Assembly: GCA_964016885.1 (NCBI GenBank)
Contig: OZ024745.1
Location: 55,986,001 to 56,050,000 of the forward strand
Reading direction: 5' to 3'
DNA from: Eledone cirrhosa
Taxonomy: Eukaryota
DNA length: 64,000 nucleotides
This document shows positions 58,164 to 64,000 of the stretch, in pieces; the first letter of the stretch is position 1; every line of letters starts with the position of its first letter. Position numbers and translations under genes: made by a program. Below the pieces are notes generated by a model. That model was not told the origin of the DNA and made no database searches. It saw nothing but the letters and a program-made list of their open reading frames with translations.

Positions 58164-59479
58164 TATATAGTTGTGTTTGCGTGAGTCTATGTGTGTGCTT
58201 GTGTACGTATGCATATGTACACAGGCATATATATATATATATACGCATTTATGATCGGATATTTTTATTTGTGGCAATAATATATGACAAATACTTTTAT
58301 TCCAAATGTTCTGTATTTAAATATGTGTAAATAGGTCATGTTTCGCGTAAACAATTCTCTTCAGATTGTGTTGAAAGCATATGTCTGCACCCATTTATTT
58401 GTACCTTTAAAAACTGTTTTCTCAAATTTCTAAGTCTATTGAAGCATATTTAATATCTTCTAAAGAAAGCATTTATGATAACTTACGATTTATTACATGT
58501 TTGTCGATTTTAAGCATGAACAGTGTAGCACAGCGCTCTTCTAAATACATTGATAACTCCCAGGTCGTCAGTAACATACATTTGTTTATATTACAACCAA
58601 TCTTTTGAAGATTCGTTTAAACTAGCAACAAATTTTCAGAGAATCCGCTCCTCCTTAAATATTTAAATTTAATTAACAGTTTCTTATATATCACATCTAT
58701 TATATTTATTTTGCATAATTCATCCATGTTTCGAAGGAGACCCATTACAATGAATGTCTATCCAAAATGTTATAATAAGTAGTTAAGTTGTAAAGACTCT
58801 ACATTTAGTCAAAACACAATACACAATTAACCGCATTCACACACACTCACTGACGTACGCACACAGATACATATGCACACCTATTTACATTTTATCATAT
58901 TATATTGAAATCGATGTTTCTGTGGTGTAGAAACCTGTTACACTTAAAAGAGGATTGTAAGTGTATGTAAGAGAGAGAAAGAGAAAATGATAATGTTGCA
59001 GCAAGAAGTAGAGAGAAAAGATGGAGTGATACCATGTCGTTGTGGAAATGATGTGGTAAGAGTGTTTGTTCGTAGGAAGGATAAATTGAGAGATAATCTG
59101 TGTGTAGATATGTGGGAGATCTATACAACTGAAAGTATAGGGTTGTTTTTAGAAATGCCTGCATTTAATGTTTTGATTATGTTGAGGGTAAGTATATGTT
59201 GGTTCTGTTGCAAGTGTATGCAAGATCCAAGCTTTCTATAGTGGGAAGATTGTGGGAAGCACTAGTCAGGTACATGTGTCACTACATGTTCAGGATGCAA
59301 ACATACACTTCTGTAAAACAAGCTGATCGCATGCTAAATCTACTAGATGAAGTCTCAGAACTTTTCATTTTCAACAGGATGGAAAGGTAGATAGAAACGA
59401 GAGAAGATTAACGACACCAGGATTACCGAGTGAATCAAGCGTAATTAATCATGCAATATAAGAATACAGGGCCGAATAT

Positions 59480-59900
59480 GATCCACATAAGAAGATTACT
59501 TGGGAAAATTTATGGAAACTGGGATATTCGACACACTATCGAATCCAACAAATTTGTACAGTTTAGGAATGAAAGATATAGAATCATGTAGGTTATGTGG
59601 AAAGAGGCGCAACTTGGCGTACATTCTATCAAAATGTAAAAAAAGTACACGGCAAAGAGAGATAATTGTTTCTCCTTTAGGCACAAGGCCAGCAATTATC
59701 CAGTGCATTACTGGTACTTTATTTTATCGACCCCGTAAGGATGAAAGGCATAGTCAACCTCGGCAGGATTTGAACTCAGATCGTAAAGGGACGTAACTAT
59801 GCTGGAAAGCATGGCGTCCGACCCTCTATCGATACTGCCAATCCACCGTACACGGCAAAGAGAGATAATGATGGTAACCCGACTAGATGCCAAAGAAGCG
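59480..59900 (+). pseudogene. HERO/R2-like non-LTR element zinc-knuckle remnant
   Basis: FDTLSNPTNLYSLG..SCRLCGKRRNLAYILSKC resembles YDTLPSP.NL..WG..C.LCG....HILS.C. Confidence 0.6.
59667..59847 (-). mobile_element. Full-length tRNA-SINE with 22-bp TSD
   Basis: GTACACGGCAAAGAGAGATAAT at 59645-59666 and 59848-59869. Confidence 0.92.
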
Positions 59901-61934
59901 TGCTATTACTCTGATTTAAGATATGTGCAATGAGTATCAAATACTGAGGAAAAAGCATATTCACCATAAGGATAGCATATATGAAATTTATATAGATTGA
60001 TGTTAAAATGTCATTGATTTCGAGTGGATGTTTGAGTGTCTAGTTTCCTTGTTATTGTACATGCTTTGTACTGAATTGCTACAGAGACAAGTAATTGAAA
60101 AGCCATGTTGTTTCTAAGTGACGATAGGAATTGCTTTACTGAAATGAAATGATGGCACAGAAAAAAAGTTTAAAATAACATTGTGTTTAGTGGAGACAAA
60201 TAGTGGTACAATGCATTTATGTATGTGAATAGAATTACGGAAAGCAAATAAGTTAGTTTGAAGCAGAAAATAAGACAAAATCTTCTGAGCATGCATGAGC
60301 ATATGTAAACAAAATTTTATTCATTATAAGAAGACAAGAACTAAAGGAATATTGTTTTTAATTGTATTTATGAACCAGCATATTAATAGATGAAGTTTCG
60401 TGAATATAAATATTTACCAAGACTTTATTAATTACAAAATTATGCGTGCTAAACAGTTATCAGCATCTAAATATTTAGTCTCCTGGGTGCTTGCTTAGTT
60501 ATGGTTTCTTGCAAAACACTAGTAGCTGTGCATGCATGCACGTCACTTATTTTCATTTAGTCTAAAGAAATAGCAAGGGCTGATTCCGCCTTGCAAAATT
60601 GCTGTAGTTTCCAGAAAAAGAGAATCCAATACTATTACAATTCTAGGTTGACCTCTACATTATTTATTGGCCCATATAACTTACAACCCATATATGAACT
60701 TGACAAGATTAACACTGAGAACGCATGTTTCCATAGCCAAATGATAGTTTTGAAAAACAATAAAAGCATTCATTTCCTACAACACATATTGTTATATCCA
60801 AATTAGCTTGGAAACAATATCTAAGTCTGGTAAGTATTATCTTGCTATTTGTTAGTACAAATACAAACCAACATACTATCCGAAAATGTTCTATAAAATG
60901 CTGACAGTAAACTGTAAATGTTATGTAATCAATTAGATCATAAATTCACACTCATGCCAGATCAGTGAGATGCAATGAACGTCCAAATGTACACATTTCA
61001 TGCAAACGTGCACACCTGAAAAAGACAATTAGATGTTTACATGAATGCATATAAATCCGCTTGCACTAGAGCCCAGTTCTAGGAGTAAATATTCGATATA
61101 TAAATGGTTGAATGTGTTTTGCAAATAACAAACTCCACTTCTATTGAAAAAGATATTTGATATAAAGACCTAATATCTTTAATGAAGTGAACTGATAATG
61201 CATTTTAGAAATAGACTATTCACGATTTGATATTCTCCTGTGTGTCTTCCTGTATCTCAGTCTCTCCTGTTTTCTGTTTATTTTTCTCTATTGCTCTCCC
61301 TACAACAGTGTTTAGCTCATGTCACTTCCACATCATTACCCCTCAGTATTCTGCCAGCCTCCTTGCTGTGGGCATCGAGTTAGAATTTTGTCTTATGACT
61401 AAAGCCAGGATATATTTTTATATTCTTCATGTTTTTTTTTGTAATTCCCCCAACCACTTTTTTTACAAACTAAAAATTCGAATATATATTGATACTAGAA
61501 ATAATTTAAACAGTGTAAAATGACCAAGATATGTTGACAATAATTTTATTTTACGCTAAAAGGAAAAATAAACGGAGTGCTCTCAAATTGTTATTAAATT
61601 TGCAGCAGATATTTACTGAAAAGATAATTTTAATTCAAAATTGACCTCCAGAGAGTTCTCACTGCTAGATATTTGAAAGGTTTTGCGTAAAAGAATGACT
61701 TAATGGTACCTCCAAGTCTATGTTATTAACTACTGCAAACGTTTACTTACGAGAGAAGATCAATATCCATAAGTAAAAAGAAAGGACCGGATATTTCTTT
61801 TCTCACTACATGCCAGGTACTAAAACATGTATGAATATAAAAGTGCATAATAATATATTTTTGAATATGCAGATTTCATAACGTTGTGCAAATATAAATA
61901 GAATTTTGTTTGGTATTTGTCAAATGTGGAATTA

Positions 61935-62255
61935 TCTATATATATATAAAACTGAGGATGTCTGTCTGTGTGTGTGTGAGTTTGAATCCCTAAAACTCGA
62001 CAAATAGCCAACCGACTCTTTTCAAACTTTACACATGTAATAGTTATGTTTCAGGGAGTCTTCTGAACAAAAAGAATTTCATATTTTCTATGGCCTAGGG
62101 ACCGCATTAGGCGATTTAGCGATCTCTCTCTATAATTCTTAGTCTTTCTCTTTTTAGATACATACATACAACGCGCGCCCTTATAATATCTGTCTGTATG
62201 TCTGGCTGTTTGCATTACGTCACTTCCCTGAGGACGTGTGTGTGGGGGGGGGGGA

Positions 62256-62296
<41 letters not shown>

Positions 62297-62904
62297 GTGT
62301 GTGTGAGTTTGAATCCCTAAAACTCGAGAAGTACACAACCGATCTTTTTCAAACTTTACATGTGTATTACGTATGTTTCAGGAAGTGTTACGCACATAAA
62401 CATATTCAACTTTTTGACCTCGTAGGGATGGCATTAGGTGAAAAACTGCGTTTTTTAAGCTTTTTAGGGCTTTTTTGAGGCGTTACGTCATACCGATTTC
62501 CTTGAAATTGTAACTATGTATTATTCAGTCTATTTTTCTTACCGTGAACAAAGAAAATTAAACTTTTTTTATGGCCTAGGGCCGGCATTAGGTGAAAAAC
62601 CTCACTTTTTCAGCTTCTTAGGGCTTTTTCGAGGCGTTACGTCTAGCCGATTTTCCCGAAATTTCAAGGCATATTATGCACATAAAATAAACTAATTTTC
62701 TTGATTCCCTAGGGCCCGCATTAGGTGAAAGCCTGCATTTTTCCTGCTTCATCGAGGAAAATCTTAAAGATTATCCAGCCATCAGTGTATTCGGTTTCTT
62801 TTCTTTACATATTGTCCTGGCATGCAGTTATTCCATGATTAGGTCTGTTGGCGGCGCGCGTTCCAAAATAGCTTAACCCGTGCAACGCCGGGTACCACTG
62901 CTAT
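61935..62904 (+). mobile_element. Non-autonomous Helitron-like element
   Basis: A|TCTATATATATATAAAA..TGTCTGTCTG 5' end; 3' hairpin ACCCG TGCAACGC CGGGT followed by CTAT|T; internal subrepeats. Confidence 0.72.
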
Positions 62905-63763
62905 TAGGTTATAAACGGAATAATATATTGATACACTCGTGACCTTAACTTAGGAGTATGTCTTTTTCCGAAAGAGAAACTACTAGAGGAACAGAGCTAT
63001 TACTATAATATTTTAATAAACAAAATCAAATCGTAAGTGCAAACTTGTTTGTTACAAAATCAAATACATATAGAAATAGATTTAATATATTTAAATCTAA
63101 AATATCTAATAAAGTCTAAAATCACAGACATATCATTTTCTCATCAGCTAACTATTAGCTATCACCAGGAGTACTGTGATTTTACAAATAGTATCTTTCC
63201 TTGTAGTACATAAGATAAAGCACGGTAAAATACGACGTTTTTCGACAAAAATCATATATTAAAAGTAAAAGCGTGCTTCTAACTAAAACTGAAGAGCATT
63301 GAGGCGAGAAACAGTGTGCAAGAAATTGATAAGAAGAAATACAAAAATAAATCATGAACAATTAAATAAATGCATTTTGAGTTTAGTCATAACACAAACA
63401 AGAAGTCGCTATCCATATGGCAAATTACCGAATGAAAATGATGTTGAAGCGACATCTGGCGTATGGAGAGGGATAGAGAGAAAGATACAGACGAAAAGAG
63501 AGCGATATTTAGATACAGAAAGAAACAGAGAGGGAAAGTGAAAGTGAGGCATAGTCTATGTCTAGATAGTCGACGGCCTGTGTTTGCAAGGTCAAGAAAC
63601 AATCAAATTAAAAATGTGAGCACAGGTCCCATAGACAGATAACTTATAAATATAGACAGATAACGTATAAATATAGATATATAACTTTCTCATCAGCTAA
63701 CTAGTGGAGAACAATACTATTTCAGTAAAAACCTAAATTCAATATCAAACCTTCCATGTTGTT

Positions 63764-63764
63764 T

Positions 63765-63829
<65 letters not shown>

Positions 63830-63880
63830 GGTGTGTGTGTATGGGTGTGTGTATGGGTGTGTGTGTGGGGTGAGGGGTGG

Positions 63881-63954
<74 letters not shown>

Positions 63955-63968
63955 GCGTGCGTGTGTGC
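63764..63968. repeat. (TG)n microsatellite
   Basis: Direct reading. Confidence 0.95.
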
Positions 63969-64000
63969 GCACAGACATGCCCCAACAAACAGATATATAT

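Noticed and set aside
63125-63720. Short direct repeat containing the reverse complement of CTGATGAG at about 550 bp spacing
   Set aside because: No matching GAAA or stem III found

Overview
This is AT-rich eukaryotic DNA, intergenic or intronic, with no recognisable host exon. Its microsatellite load ((TA)n, (CA)n, (GA)n) and SINE/RTE content suggest a coleoid cephalopod such as an octopus (inference only). Almost all explainable sequence is transposon-derived: a near-intact Neptune-type Penelope-like element (PLE; RT plus GIY-YIG, 23.9-26.9 kb), a decayed full-length Naiad-type PLE with an inverted pLTR (27.0-31.2 kb), further PLE fragments, RTE/RTE-X and HERO-like LINE remnants, a DD36E Tc1, a non-autonomous Helitron and tRNA-SINEs. 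Reading by eye shows about ten unrelated families of type-I hammerhead ribozymes in PLE 3' ends and in non-coding 345-700 bp retrozyme-like units. Several have non-canonical cores (U3-A8, A4, C4) or very large stem II insertions. About ten asymmetric fold-back insertions sit in (TA)n tracts, and in most the short arm stops at a TA microhomology, pointing to a specific two-sided priming mechanism. All RNA folds were paired by hand and coordinates are approximate to a few bases.
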